A stretch of 64,000 nt of DNA from Isurus oxyrinchus (lineage: Eukaryota): assembly GCA_026770705.1 (NCBI GenBank), contig JANJGN010000002.1, forward strand, positions 128,650,001-128,714,000, read 5' to 3'. Every line of letters begins with the position of its first letter. The first letter of the stretch is position 1. Of the stretch, positions 49,901 through 64,000 are shown in pieces. A program made the translations under genes and the position numbers. The notes under the pieces are model-generated. The model searched no databases and was not told where the DNA came from. It worked only from the letters and a program-made list of their open reading frames with translations.

Positions 49901-51976
49901 TGTAACCCCACTAACCTCCTTGAGTTAAACACTTCAGCTGAATTGTCTTGTATTCTTTCTTCTTGAACAATATTATCAAACAAAGTGCCAGCTAATTGGA
50001 CTTCTTGCCTTTCAAGTGGCTGCCCTTCTTGTTTATCTTGTTCTTCACTATGAGCCTTTGATCTCATTACAACACAATCAGGAAACAATACAAGATGTTC
50101 CTTCTGAAACACTTGTGTTGAAAACACTTCTACAGGCTGCTCAACTACCAAAGGCATCATCTATATTAGCGATCCAGCTATATCATTGCCTAGAATAAAT
50201 TGAACTCCTGCAATGGGCAATTTTTCCAGCGTTCCAACTGTAACTTCACCTGCCTTCCATTTACTCTTTAAATTTACCTTCAACAATGGAATAGATTTAG
50301 CATCTCCATGAATCCCACTTATTATTACCTGTTCCTGCAATACTCCCTTTGAACAACAAATATCACTATCCCACATTAAGGATTGACTAGCCCCTGTGTC
50401 TCTTAAAGTTTCAACATCTTTACCTACTCCACTCTGTACACATGGAAAGACTTTCCCTTACACACAAAATCTTTAAACATTTCTGCAACCTGCTCCTCGG
50501 AATGCCCTTGGATAAACTGTGAACACTTTCCCACTTCTTCACCTATCACTGATTCTCCCTGTTTCACCTCTACATAAACCCTTGGTTTCTCCTGTGCCTG
50601 AACCTCAAAACCCACAGTACTTTTACTTTCAGAGCTTTTCTGTACCTCAATAATTCCAACAGATTTTTCCTGCAATTTCCAATTGACTTCATGTGCCCCA
50701 TTTTATTACATTGACAACACCTCAATTTTCAAATGTCACTTCTACCTTCAGCACTTTCCTGTTTATTCTGAGAAAAAGCTTCCTGGGAACTTCCAGCTAC
50801 TACTCCTCTTCCCTGATTACTTACCTTCCTTTCACCTTCACACTTTTTAACCTTTTCCAATTTGAACGGGTAATGAAAAGAAGGTTTATCTCTAACTCAT
50901 AATCATCAGCTGTCTCAGCTGCTTGTCTTTACAGTATCAACCCTCTGTTCCTCCATATGGGTTCTCAGTACCCAAGGGATTCAATCTTTAAATTCTTCCA
51001 AAAGAATTACTTCCCTAAGAGCTGCACACTCTGTTTTTAATGCCCATATCCACCAGTCAAAATTACTGTGTTTTACTCTTCAAACTCGATAAGTTTTCCC
51101 AGGCTATTTTCTCATATTACTAAATTTCTGCCTGTATGCTTCAGGAACCGTCTCATGCACTCAAAATAGCCCTTTTCACCACATCATAATTCACCAACGT
51201 TTCTTCTGATAGCGAAGCATATACCTCATGCACATTACCCACCAACTTAAACTAACAATAATGTCCAGCTTTTCTGTGGCCATTTCGTCTGTTTAGCTAG
51301 CTTCTCAAATGAAATAAAGAATGCTTGGATATCTTTTTCCCCAAACTTTGGAAGAGCTTGTTTAAATTTGCACATCTCCCTACTGGGTTCTACTCTGGAA
51401 ATAAGTCCTTCCTCACCTCCTGGCATCTCTTTTTTAACTGCCAACATTTTCAGTTGGAATTCTCTTTTTCTCTTTCCTCTCTCTCTACCTTCACAATTTC
51501 TAATTCCTTTTCCTGTTTTCTTTCTTTCTCCTGCCATTCTACCTCTTCCCTTTTAAAAGCCATTTCTCTGTGCTTTGCTTCTAATTCAAGTTTTTTCAGT
51601 TCTTTTGCTTGTTCAAATTCAAGCATCTTCATTTGTAACTGAAGTCTCACTACCTCCAGCTGTGACTCACTAATGTCAAGTTTCACTTCCAACTGTAGAG
51701 GCTGTGCTATACTTTTTAATTATATCTGATGTTCTAGTACCCACAGGTAACCCCAATTTTAACAGCTGCCAACTCTGTTAACTTACTCTTGGTTATTTGT
51801 TGCAACCCAATCAGAGTTTTGTCTTCTACTCCCAGACAAGTCTTAGCAATTGCCAAAGCCATCTTGCAGTCTCACCACTTCTAAAATACCTCACCAATTC
51901 CAGAATTCAAAGTACTTCTTGTACTCATAACCTTAAGATTCACCAATTCCAAACCAATCAAGGAATTATAAATATT

Positions 51977-51995
51977 ATCTTGCCAAGAGCCCCCA
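51977..51995 (-). promoter_or_regulatory. Primer-binding site, tRNA-Pro-like (degenerate)
   Basis: Minus strand TGGGGGCTCttggcaaGAT, 2 nt from the LTR; the tRNA-Pro PBS is TGGGGGCTCGTCCGGGAT. Confidence 0.7.
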
Positions 51996-51997
51996 AT

Positions 51998-52748
51998 TGT
52001 TATGACAAAGCAGTTTCTAAAGGCTGAGTTATTTAAAATCCCAGAGGAAAACTTTAAACAACTGTTAAAACCTATATTTTCAATTGGTATGTTTTGAATT
52101 GCAGCTCTAAATTCGGAAATAAGACCACCAGTTCTCGAGAGGTTTTTATATTAAACTAAATGAAACATTTGTTAAGTTACAACAAATTAAACACATACAC
52201 ATGGCTACAAATTACTACCATCATAATTTTTAACAAATTCCCAAATTAATCTCTGTTAAGGCAATAGACTTAACCAGACACCAGGCAAAGCATTTTCACC
52301 TTACAAATTCAAAATGAGGTTCCTTTCAATTTGGTTCTTTTGCAGACAGCTGTAGGCTTACAGGCTTAGATCTTACGTGCCTCTGACTTCCACACAGAAA
52401 ACCCTCTCAGGTTATACCCAGCCTTCCCCTTTGTATGTAAAGTTTCAATGTATCACCAGGCCCTTTGAACCCCTTTTCATAGCACCAATTTTATTAGTAA
52501 TATAAACATTTCTTGGTGTCTCCTAGCCAGGTGCAAGATTTCACTCCCACTCTTGAATGCTCTATTCAACAAAATGCAAGTGTACCCTCTACCTCTGTTT
52601 ACATCTTAAAACTACTATACAGCAAAGCCCCCAGACTAGCTGGCTTTAATCCAATTAACACACACACAGACTAGAGCATTAAAAATCATTAATCATTAAA
52701 AAAAATGATTTCCAATAATATTAAATACATTAATATCCCTTCCTGACA
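51998..52748 (-). repeat. 5' LTR (751 bp)
   Basis: Collinear with 46216-46963, with scattered substitutions and small indels. Confidence 0.92.
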
Positions 52749-54487
52749 GCAGCTATTGGTGGCTTCATGATGGCTGTAGTCATTTGGGCTCTGCTGGCTG
52801 TTGATACTGCTGGACCACTTTCGTTCACCATCTAGAGCATGCAATATTGTAATCAGAGTGATTCCAGCCTTAGGACTAGCCAGACTGTAGCACATTACAA
52901 TCATTCCATCATGTTTGTTGTCATCTTCCCTTGGGCGTTGGAGTTTCTGCATTTTTAATCCACTGAAAAGGTGCGTTCCTCTGTTCCCCTGTGGATGTGA
53001 ATGTGAGAGCACTCAGGGCAGCAGCAGAGCATCTGTACTGCCTGCTTTAATTAATTGGCAGTCTTCCTCCAATTGGATGACTCCCAGTGGAAAACCCATG
53101 TGGACACTGTTGTTCTTATTGCCAAAAAAATAGCTGTGCAACAGCCATTCCCACAGTGGTTCCAAACCACAAGTCAGAACAGAAAGAAAAAAAGATGAAA
53201 ATGTTGCAAAATTGCTCGGTAATCTTTCTTGAAATCCACCTCCAATTCTGCCCACCTGGTTTTTCCTGAATGGGAACATTGGGAAACCACATTTCTGAAA
53301 AAATGGCTGAGGAATTCCCTGCTTTTCCTGCAGCCATGTAACCCTGAATCCTCCGTTTTCGAACTGCCTTTCTTTCTCTGATTGGTTATACCTATTAAAA
53401 TTCAACGTTACCAATTAGAAAATCTAGCTTGCTGCGTCTCTCTTAAAGTCAGAAATATTTTTACTCTACCGGGGACTGCAACCTTCCCCACTGAATGGAA
53501 AGGCCCACTAAATTGTAACGGTTTTGCTGGGTTAAACAGAACTGGCATGGGCACTTCAGCCTTCTGTAGTTTTTAAAAAACATGGGTGTTGCTTCTGTAG
53601 GAGAGCCACCTTTCTGTAGAGTGCACCTTTCTTAAATGGTTCTGTAATTTCTTCATTTACTGGGCCATTTTACCGGCAACTTTGGGGCCTATACTGCCAG
53701 GAAAATAGCTGAAGAAATATGGTATAACACAACAGCAGCAGTTGTCAACTCGAAGAGATCCCTCAACAACCCGGGCTGAAATTGGAAATCTCAAAGCAGG
53801 CAATTGTACACTTAGATTAATGTCTGCTGTCACTCTAACTACATCTTGTTATTGTCTTTCTCTTTAAAACTATACATCAGCCTTTTCTGCTTAGTGCACA
53901 AATATATCTAAAGGATTTTTGAAGTGAAGCACATAGAGGGAAATTGGGTGGAATATTGCTCACACATAAGAGGCCGCCTGATTTTTCTATCCAAATAGAT
54001 TACAATTGAGTGGGCTTCATTACAAGCATGCAGTTCTCTTGATGATTTTTTACTGGATGCTGGTTTCTTTATACTTATATGTAATTGTAGCCTGGTTTTG
54101 GTCCATTTAACAAAATTCTGTCCCAGACCCCCTGGCGGCACTGCAGCAGTTTTTTCTCTTTTTTCTCCTAAGGTCATCCAAAAGCCAGTTACTATGGTGA
54201 CATCTAGCAAAAATGAATTGTTGAGTGTGGGCTTTTCCATCTAATGTTAATTTGCTGGGATGGTTTTCTGGGGTGCAACCTATCTGGTGTCATAGTCCAC
54301 TCACCATTTTGCAACCTGGCGTTTGGTTCTGTGGCAAAAGGGGCATGCTGTTCCTTTAATAGGGGAGGATTGGGGACAAAAAGATCCCTTGGAGTCACTC
54401 CATGGCATCAAGTTGTTCTGTTTTCCTGAGCTTTCTGTGATAGATTTCATTTAAGAAAGCTATCCTGGAAACTATATAGTTCGGAGT

Positions 54488-55790
54488 AAAATCAACAATC
54501 ACTTAGATAAGTGCAGGATAATTGAGAAAAGCCAGCATTGATTCATCAAGGGAAAATCATGTTTAACTAACTTGCTGGAGTTTTTTGAGGAGGGAACAGA
54601 GAAGGTTGATAAAGGAAACACTGTTAGTGTGTATATGGATTTTCAAAAGGCATTTGATACAGTGCCACACAACAGAATTGTGAGCAAAATTCTAGGTCAC
54701 GGAATAAAAGGGAAAGTCAGCGCCTGGATAAGAAATTGACAGGAAGCAGAGTGTTGTGATAAATGGTTGTTTTTCAGATTGAAGGAAGATTTGTAGTGGA
54801 GTTCCTCGGGTCAATGTTGGGACCCTTGCTCTTCCTGATATTTATTAATAACCTAGACTGGCATGCAGGGCATGATTTCAAAATTTTCGGATGATGTGAA
54901 GATTGAAAATGTTGTTAACTGTGGTGGGGATAGTCTTGAACTTCAAAAGGACATTGACATTTTGGTGGATTGGGCAGATCAGTGGCAGATGAAGTTCAAT
55001 GCAGAGAAGTGTGAGGTGATTCGCTTTGGCAGAAAAGATATGGTGAGACTGTATAAAATAAAAGGAGAGCCTCTAAAGGAGGTGCAAGAACAGAGAGACT
55101 TCAGTGTATACGTACATAGGTAAGTGAAGATCTAAGGGCATGTTGAGAGAGCAATTAATAAAGCATATAGTATCTTAGGCTTTATTAATAGGGGCATTGA
55201 GTACAAGAGTAAGGAGGTCATGTTGAACTTGTATAGGACACTAGTTAGGCCTCATCTGGAGTACTGTGCCTAGTTCTGTGTGCCAGATTTGAGGAAGGAT
55301 GTGAAGGCATTGGAGAGAATTACAAAGGAGATTCACAAAAATGATTCCTGGGATGAAGAACTGTAGCTATGAGGATAGATTGGAAAGGTTGGGACTGTGT
55401 TCCTTGGAGAAATGAAGGCTGAGAGGAGACTTGATGGAGGTATTCAAGATACTGAGGGGTATGGACAGGGTAAATAGTGAGAAACTGTTCCCACTTAAGA
55501 GAACATCAAGAACTAGAGGACATAGATTCAAAATAATTGGCAAAAGGAGTAAATGTGATGTGAGGAAAAATTTTCTCACACAATGGGTGGAGTCTGGAAC
55601 AAACTTCCTGAAAGGGTGGTGGAGGCAGGTTCACTGAGGTATTCAGAAGGGAATTGGGTTGCTACCTGAAGAGAGAGAATGTGCAAGGTTACAGGGATAA
55701 GGCAGGAGAGTGGGACTAGGTGGAATGTTCTTTCAGAGAGTCAGTGCTTACTCAATGGGCCACATGGCCTCCTTCTGCACTGTAAAGATC
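54488..55790 (+). mobile_element. CR1 LINE, RT domain to 3' end, degraded
   Basis: KGKSCLTNLLEFFEE, YMDFQKAFDTVPH, ISKFSDD, WQMKFNAEKCEV, SRTRGHRFK, tail gggccacatggcctccttctgcactgtaa. Confidence 0.92.
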
Positions 55791-58440
55791 CTGCGACAGA
55801 ACATAATCTGCACTGTTGACATGATCTTGAATGCAGGCTGAACTTACAAGCTGTGAAAGGTTTTCCTTGGGTTGTGAATCAGTCTCAGCAATGCACAAAC
55901 ACTATTAATGGAACGTGAGCAGGAATGTAGTGAAGTAGAGTCAGAAAACACGTTGCATATTTTCCCTATACAGGTCTGAAGTGGCATTCTAATACAGCAG
56001 TTAACCAAATCAGTGATGGCTTTTGTTGTGGTGCAATAGGACCATTTGCAAGTTCTCTGGTAATAGCTGTAAAACATTTATTTTCTCAAATACCTTCTTA
56101 ATAGAAATGGGGCAAATGCTTTATACTTTGTGTATATATAGATATATGTTTGTGTATGTGTTGTGAATACCTATATCTATATAAAATAATTTCTATTTTA
56201 GAAATGTTAAATGCACAGTAGGAAGGTTTAATTTGTTTTAATCTACTTTTTGTCTAAATAATACAACTGATTGTGAAAAGTACCCAAGCATGCTCACTGA
56301 CAATAGCAGACTCTCTTGCAGAATGGAAAGATTCAAACATTGATCATTGTTGTGCCTTGTTTTACAGTTTCTGTGGAATACAAATTTAGCAAATATAAAT
56401 TTATTTCAGTTGTTTTTTTTAGAAGTTTATAAGTTACAGGTGGAAAGGGAGGGAAGCACCATTTTGTTCTACCTCCTTAGTATATGATTATTAGGAGAAA
56501 CAAATTGAATAAATGTTAAATACTAATTCCAAATTCTATCAGCTACAACATTTTCAATTTGTTACACTTCATTCATCTTGGCACATCTTAGCTACTTCTC
56601 ACCTCATCACATTGCAATGACAAGACAATGGAAAGGCAGCCTGTTCCCAGCTTTTATAATGTTTCTGGGGAACCTCAGAGGTTTTTACATAGGAACAGCC
56701 CAGGTAATTTGGACGTCCAGCTTTTATGGCTTTATCATGGAGAATTGCCCTTCATCCACTTAGCAACATTGTTAGGAAGCTGTGCTAGGGTCCTGAATTC
56801 CAACTGTGGGCAATTGCGCACTCAAATCTGTATCTTGCCACATTAGAGCAGAATATATTACAGCAGAATATATTACAGAATATATTATAAATCTCCACAC
56901 AACATTGCCAATTAGTGAGAAATCCTGAACATTTTCTTTCAGATCAAAAATTACACATTATATGCCATTGAGCCATGGTGCTTGACAGTCTAAATTATTT
57001 TTGTGACTTAAGCATTTCTAATCCAATAATGGAAAGCAGTTATAGTTAATTTTTCCAAAAATTGTGTGTATTTATGTTTATTCTCCATCCCATTTTCTTG
57101 TTGACCCTAAGCTGCACACTATCCATGCCAAGGGAACTGGGTGACTGACTTTAAAGACCACACCAATGCTGCAATGAAAACAGCTGCTTGTGTGTGTAAA
57201 CGAGCAGCCTGCTGATTGTTTACCCTCCTTCTGTTCTTGACTGGCCTCCAGTTGTTACCTCATTATAGCAACACAGCTTAGCATGTGATGGCAGGGTGCC
57301 CAAGCTTTTGGTATCGGGCCCATAGATATGTCTAATGGACTTTTGAAGGCCATGCATCAAGTTTTAAATCCATGTTCCCATTAACTGGCATACATTTCAA
57401 ACCACAGACCCATCATTCCATCAATGACAAAGTCACGATAAGAACGACCCTGTTCAAATTTTCAAATCCATTAAATTCAAACAGGACAAATCAACAAATA
57501 TCAATTATAAACACAAGGAAAAATGAGTTACATGAACACCACTGAACAGATTGCAAAGTTTGGATGCCACAGTTTGGATACCACTGATATAGAGGGTCAG
57601 GTGCAATGAGCTTGCAATGCATGAGAGTGTGGTGCAGCATGTTGGTGCCCAGTTTGCTGTGCTGCCTCCTCGCAGTACTATATCAGTTTTTTTTAACCAC
57701 TTTTTTAACACAGGGTTAATATGAATACTATTTTAGTGAGGAATACTGTTATTTATCTTACCAGCAATGGCATGTCTCTGTTAAGAAAGGGAATCATTCA
57801 AGGAGGCACGATTTTTAAAATATGCAAATTTCTATCAAATTTTCCATTTTGCAATGGACAATGAATTTCTCCTTCAAATGCTGATCTTTTATCAATAATG
57901 GTTCTGTTCCCAGTTAGCTCCCAAATATAGTGTAATCTAAAGGTATTCGATAGTCAGTCCTCTCCACCTTAACAGCAGATAGCAGTGACAAATTGATGCC
58001 ATAGTATTTCTCTCCCGCTGTCTTAGCATAAAGTGGGCAAATGATGTTCCACTGCAGAATTCAATTTCACAGTTCAGTTGGGTCCTTGATTACTCTGCCA
58101 AATTCAGATTAATGTGCATTTAACTAACATGGATCAGGGGACTCTTGGCAGGCAGCCAGTAGTGGTGCTGGCAATTGATAGCAGTGTTGCGTTTTATGTC
58201 CTGTCCATCCCCGAGCACCGCTGGTGAAAGTGATTGATTAAATGAATCAGTGGCTGTAATTATTTGCAATTGTGATACATCACGAGGCAGTGTCTAAGGC
58301 CTTCCATTGAGACTCTGTACATTTTGTCATAAAGAGGTTACACCACGTCGGTAGGGATTATTGGGTTTGCAGCAAGCTGTAAGGTTTTAGAAAGAACATG
58401 AGCATAATTGGATTATCCGTTAGTTTTTTTTGTGTTATAG

Positions 58441-58947
<507 letters not shown>

Positions 58948-60089
58948 TGAAATAATTTTCAAAATTTGATTGAGCCAGTGAGATTGATTAAAATTATTTC
59001 TCTTTGGGATTATCTGACTGGATTTTTCCCCATCAAGACATAGGTGCTAATGCAAATTGAAAGTGTTATAGTACTTTGTTGTTTCACTCTTTCCCTTATG
59101 GTTCATGATTAATTACTAAATGTTTCGAGCTCTCAGAACCAGAAGCCACCCTGTTTTTATTTTTATGTGACTATTAAATTGCCAAAGCTATGACAATGGG
59201 TTCTGAGGTTAGGATTGTGCAATTCTTAGACTTAATTAAAATATTCTATATTGTCATTCAATCGGTAATTGAACTGACAGAACCAAAATTATTTCAAGTG
59301 CTATAGGTGCCCTTTTGTGTTAATGTAGAAAGCTTAAAATCTACCAGCACAGAACTGGTAAGATTAAAAATGGAAGAACTGCAAGTGGGGTAAATCTTGA
59401 GAAAAAGCTGAGAGTGCACAGTAGATCTGTCAGCTTCTGGAAACAGCAAAAATATTAAAACGTTAGACAAACCTGTGCCCTCAATGTTAACTTTTCTCCC
59501 TCTCTTGTCAGTTAACATACTTTCAGTGTGTTTGCAGCACTTAAATGTTCAAGCAAAAAATAATTTTTTCTGGACGTCTATCCACCAAGGTAACCCTCCA
59601 CCACTCTGACCTTCCTCCTTGGTCCCTATTCTGTGGCCTTCTCAGTGGACATTGTTAATATTGTCTTCCAAGGTTTAACTTAGATAAAGGGATTTTTTTT
59701 AAAGAACAGGGTTAGGCTCAGTGTTTCAAGGTAAATTTCCACCCCTGCATCATCTTGCCCCACCTTATCTCAGCAAATACTTTAAACTTATATCCCCACC
59801 CACACCCTTTGGTCCTTTGCACTGGACTTTCATACATATCACCATTCTTTCAGCCCACCATTGGTGACAGAACCTTCAGTTCCATTTTCTGAAATTTTGA
59901 CCCTACCTGTCTCCACTTCGCCGTGCACCTTCAATGACCTTCTGAAAGCCCATCACTTCAATCTAGCCTCAGCCGCTTCACCTTCTAATCTCTCCCTGCA
60001 TGGCTCAGTGTCCACTTCCTTATCTTTTTTTGTGTGTGTGCGATCACCTTGGGACATTTTTTTTAACCTAAAGAAATGAAAGCATTAAA

Positions 60090-61210
60090 TTGTCGTTCTC
60101 CAAGAGTCAGTCCGGCATCCTGCAATTTTTATAAATGACCTAGAATCGTGTGCTGGGATTCTCAAGTTTGTAACTCTTTCGAGTACAAACATGTTTCCAT
60201 CTGTTCCTATTCAGATGAAGTTACATTGTTTCATAGTTTGCCATTGTGAGATTTGAACTCTTGATACTCTTTCAAGCACAAACCCATTTCCATCTGTTTC
60301 AGATGAAGTTACATTGTTTCATAGTTTGCCATTGTGAGATTTGAACTCTTGATCTTGGGGTTACAAGCCCAGTACCATAACGATGAAGCGAAACTTGGTA
60401 AGGCTTCAGGATGACATAGATAGGATGGTGAAATGGACAGAAGCATGGCAGATGCAGGCAAATGTGAAGTGATGCACTTTGGGAGGGCCAATATGGAAAG
60501 ACAATATACTACAAATGGCACAATTTTGAGAAGTATAGATGAGCAGTGTGTTCTTATACACAGTTTCTTAAAGATGGAAGGACAAGTTGATAACACGATT
60601 TTTGAAAAAAATGTGCAAATCACTCAGCTTTACAAACAGGGGAATAGAATATACGAGGTAACGCTAGAGCTTTATAAATCACAGATTAGGCTTCAGCTTG
60701 AGTATGATGGATATTTCCTGGCATCACACTTCAGGAAATATGTAAAGACCTTCGAAATGGTACAGAGGATGTTTACAAGATGTTTCCAACAATGAGGAAG
60801 TTCAGTTTGGGGGGGAAGTTTGGAAAGTTCGGACTGTTCTTGGAGAAGAGAAGGTTAAGAGCTGACCTCATTGAAGTTCCAATATGAGAGGGTTTATAGA
60901 ATAAATGAAGAAGAGTTATTCCTCTGGCTAAGTAACTAGAGGTCAAAGATTCAAATTAATTGGCAAAACACCCAGAGCAGAACTGAGGAGAAATGTTTTC
61001 ACTCAGAGTTGCAACACTTTTACCTAAAATGGTGGTGAAAAGTGATTCCAGAAATAATTTGAAAAGGGAGTTGGTTACTTGACAATAGCAGCTTAATAGG
61101 GTTATGGACAAAAATAGGGTATTTGGGACTAAGCATGACTGCTGCTTCATAGAGCCAGTACAGGTATGATGAGCTGAATGGCCACCTCCTGTGCTGTAAG
61201 CTTCTATGAT
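60090..61210 (+). mobile_element. Degraded CR1 LINE interrupted by a SINE
   Basis: FINDL, KF|D split by the insert, GKCEVMHFGR, LELYK..IRLQLEY, tail gctgaatggccacctcctgtgctgtaa. Confidence 0.8.
60169..60381 (-). mobile_element. Second copy of the dimeric tRNA-Thr SINE, 5'-truncated
   Basis: Reverse complement of about 6348-6556, with the same two-unit structure. Confidence 0.85.
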
Positions 61211-63844
61211 TTTATGAAGTAAATGCAGTTATTACTGCAATCTTACCAGCTAATACCTTACATTAAATGCACAAAAATAAAACTGACAGCATGCTGAGGG
61301 CAAGGTATAACTAACTTTCATATCTATTAACGTAGAATAAAATTCACAATACTGTTTCTCAGGTTTAATTTCTTTGCGCTCAATGGAGTGTTTAAAAAGA
61401 ATTTGATTTTCTAAAAGTATTTTTCATTTTTCTTTTTCCAATCCACAAATGCCATTATTATGGACCAAACTGCCACCCAAAAGATAGGAGGTAGTGACAT
61501 CATGTAATCAGGACTCTGAATAAATCAACTGCATTATTTCCCACAGAGATTCTGTTTTCCTTGGAATATAAGCCAGTTGATTTATTCTGTGCCTGGAGTT
61601 GTATTTATGTAATACAAAATATACTTTCTTGCTCCTTCATTTATTTTGTTTCCTGGGGTTCACAGGGGACATTACACTCTTCACCTTTTTATTTACCTTG
61701 CCTTGTCTGTCCTTCACCCAGCTTCCCTGTTGTAGGAAATAACTTTAAGAATGTATTTAGCATTTTCATAATGCAACCTTCTCTCTGCCTGTTAGACATC
61801 ACAAAAACTTTTCACCTTTTTAATCACTGAGTATTTTTAAAAAATAGGCAAAGCCTATCAACTAACTGATACAAAGCTTGGAATATTGATCAAACAGGCT
61901 TATGCTTTAGAGTAAAAAGGTTTTTAACTGAGAAGTTGGCAAAGCCATTAAGAATTTTGATAGTATTAATCTTGGAAGCATGCACTGCCACAGACAGCCC
62001 AGAAACCACAGTTTTGTTTAATTTTCTGCCGTGTGTCATGAGGCAAGTCTTCCAACTCCCATCAGATCATCCCAGGTTGAAGAGGAACTACCATAAATGT
62101 TCATGGACATTGCCAGACAGTGATAAGATTTTTCCAACCTTTCTGCCTCTACCTCACTCTTACTCTAGCAGTTGAATCACAGGCCTGTATTTTCCCCCAG
62201 AAAATATTTTTTGGAGTTTTCCATTGGGTATAGGAAACAGTCAGCATTTCTTTCTAACCAGGTCCAGAATAAAGGAAGGCACTCTAGCAGGAGATCAGTC
62301 ACCTGCTGGATCTTAAAATAATGAACCCATTTTATCTCTGAGAGAGTTTTTTCCCCAGGTTTCATCATATTGCATCCTGGATTAAAGGAAATTAAACAGA
62401 ATTTTAAAACATTTCCAAATGAAAACTTATACCCTACTGTCAAATCTGGCGTTCTGCAAACTAATTATGCTATGTCAAGCTCAGAGATGTGGAAATATGC
62501 TGCAGGGATTTTCACACCTATTCCTTAGCTGCCAAATGATGCCAGAGGCCCCATATATGCCAGGATCTACTTGGAGATAATAAGTAGAAAGAGTTGCATA
62601 GATTTAAGAAACATGCCTAAGCTTAAAGTGTCTTGGTGCATCCTTAGTTTTTTTTCTGCCTAATAATTCCTTGAAATAACATGGTTAGCTAGGAAAAGTA
62701 TGGAAAATGTCTAAGCCGAACATCCCACTAGCCATTTTTTGCAGAGATTAAAATTAAATCCATTTTGTGTTCTCTGTTACAACCTGGTAAAATCATGTAT
62801 TAATGTGAGAATGTTGGTTTGTTTATGTTGGCTGGAGACACGAGGAGAATAGACTTGGGAGGGAGGGGAGGACAGTGAGCCAAAAGAGGTGTCTACACAC
62901 ATTTTTTTTACCCAAAGTGATTACAGAGCAAGTGAAACTGTTGAATAAAATGTTTGCTCACAATATATCCATCTCCAATGAACTTGGCATAGCCAGGAAT
63001 AGCATGTGGCCAGTGCTGGGAAGGAAGGACTGCACATATAAACCTATTATAAATTGCCTAACCTTAGGAGTCCATTATCTGACGTTAATTTGCTTCCAGA
63101 AACCAACTATTATAGAACAAATATTAACAGTAATGGTCTTTAATTGAATTGCATATGAGACAGGTGGAATATTGAGATGTAGCTAGCTCACTTGAAAAAC
63201 CTATTCAAAAGATATTTCCTTTACAGCCACAAAATGTAAATCTGTTTGGGAATCTCTTGCTCTCTCATACACACTCTCATACATGATTTCTTTCTTTTCT
63301 TCAACTTGCAACCCATATGGAAAACGAGTTTCATTTTTATTAGAGATTTTATTGGGAACATTTCCTCCGAATCTAGAAGCTTCAGTTTTTGCCCACTGGT
63401 GCCACTGGATAATTCCTTTTGCCTTGTTACTTTAGTCTTGATTTACACTGTATCCTGAAGGGCATGCCTGACTAATTGGGCTGTCTGCAATATGCTTTGG
63501 GGAATGATCAGGTGTGCCCCTTCTCTCATTTAAAATAGAACTCGGTACTCTAAGCTTTTTTTGTAACTGCACAGCTATGGAATAAAGATCTCTTCTTTGT
63601 TACCAGATGTTAAGTTGGTGAATTACAGTTGTTTTATGGTGGGGCTCTCTCTAGTGTCCTCATTTATTATATTACTATCTTATGCATTCTGACTGTTGTT
63701 GTAACATTAAATCCACAGTAGTAATGCCCATAAAGAAAAATGCAATTACACAATTTTAAAATGGACATCCTGTTTGATTACATTATTTATAATTTGCTTC
63801 AGAAATCTATGATTTTCTGATTTTGTTTTTTTTTTAACATATAG

Positions 63845-64000
<156 letters not shown>

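Larger units (their letters stand above)
46216..52748 (-). mobile_element. Full-length decayed Ty3/gypsy LTR retrotransposon with Gmr1-like domain order gag-PR-IN-RT-RH
   Basis: Two TG...CA LTRs, GCAG TSD (46212-46215, 52749-52752), PBS and PPT. LRDTGASQS (about 50390), HHCC and DCVGPLP/QSDQG integrase (about 49900-48780), DYRKVN/DLRKGYWQ RT (about 48300-47650), VDAS/ADALSR RNase H (about 47540-47180). Many stops and frameshifts. Confidence 0.93.

Overview
Eukaryotic, vertebrate DNA; the repeat content (Deu-domain SINEs, CR1/L2 LINEs, Penelope elements) suggests a shark or other cartilaginous fish. The window lies inside a + strand group II p21-activated kinase gene recognisable as PAK5 (PAK7). 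Three internal coding exons are present (26524-27330, 58441-58899, 63845-63978), all with AG/GT boundaries and compatible phases; the CRIB exon lies upstream and the rest of the kinase domain downstream. The remainder is intron filled with mobile elements. Main points: (1) Penelope-like elements whose terminal repeat carries a minimal hammerhead ribozyme, with a fixed non-canonical CUGUCGA core in the youngest family, inserted as inverted, tail-only and ribozyme-only forms with 7-16 bp target-site duplications; (2) a second small module of CCAAT boxes + TATA + minimal hammerhead; (3) a full-length decayed Ty3/gypsy element with the Gmr1-type PR-IN-RT-RH order and a SCAN-like gag; (4) a dimeric tRNA-Thr-derived SINE with a structured tail; (5) an 85-bp inverted templated insertion. 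All calls were made by eye; no database search or folding was run.
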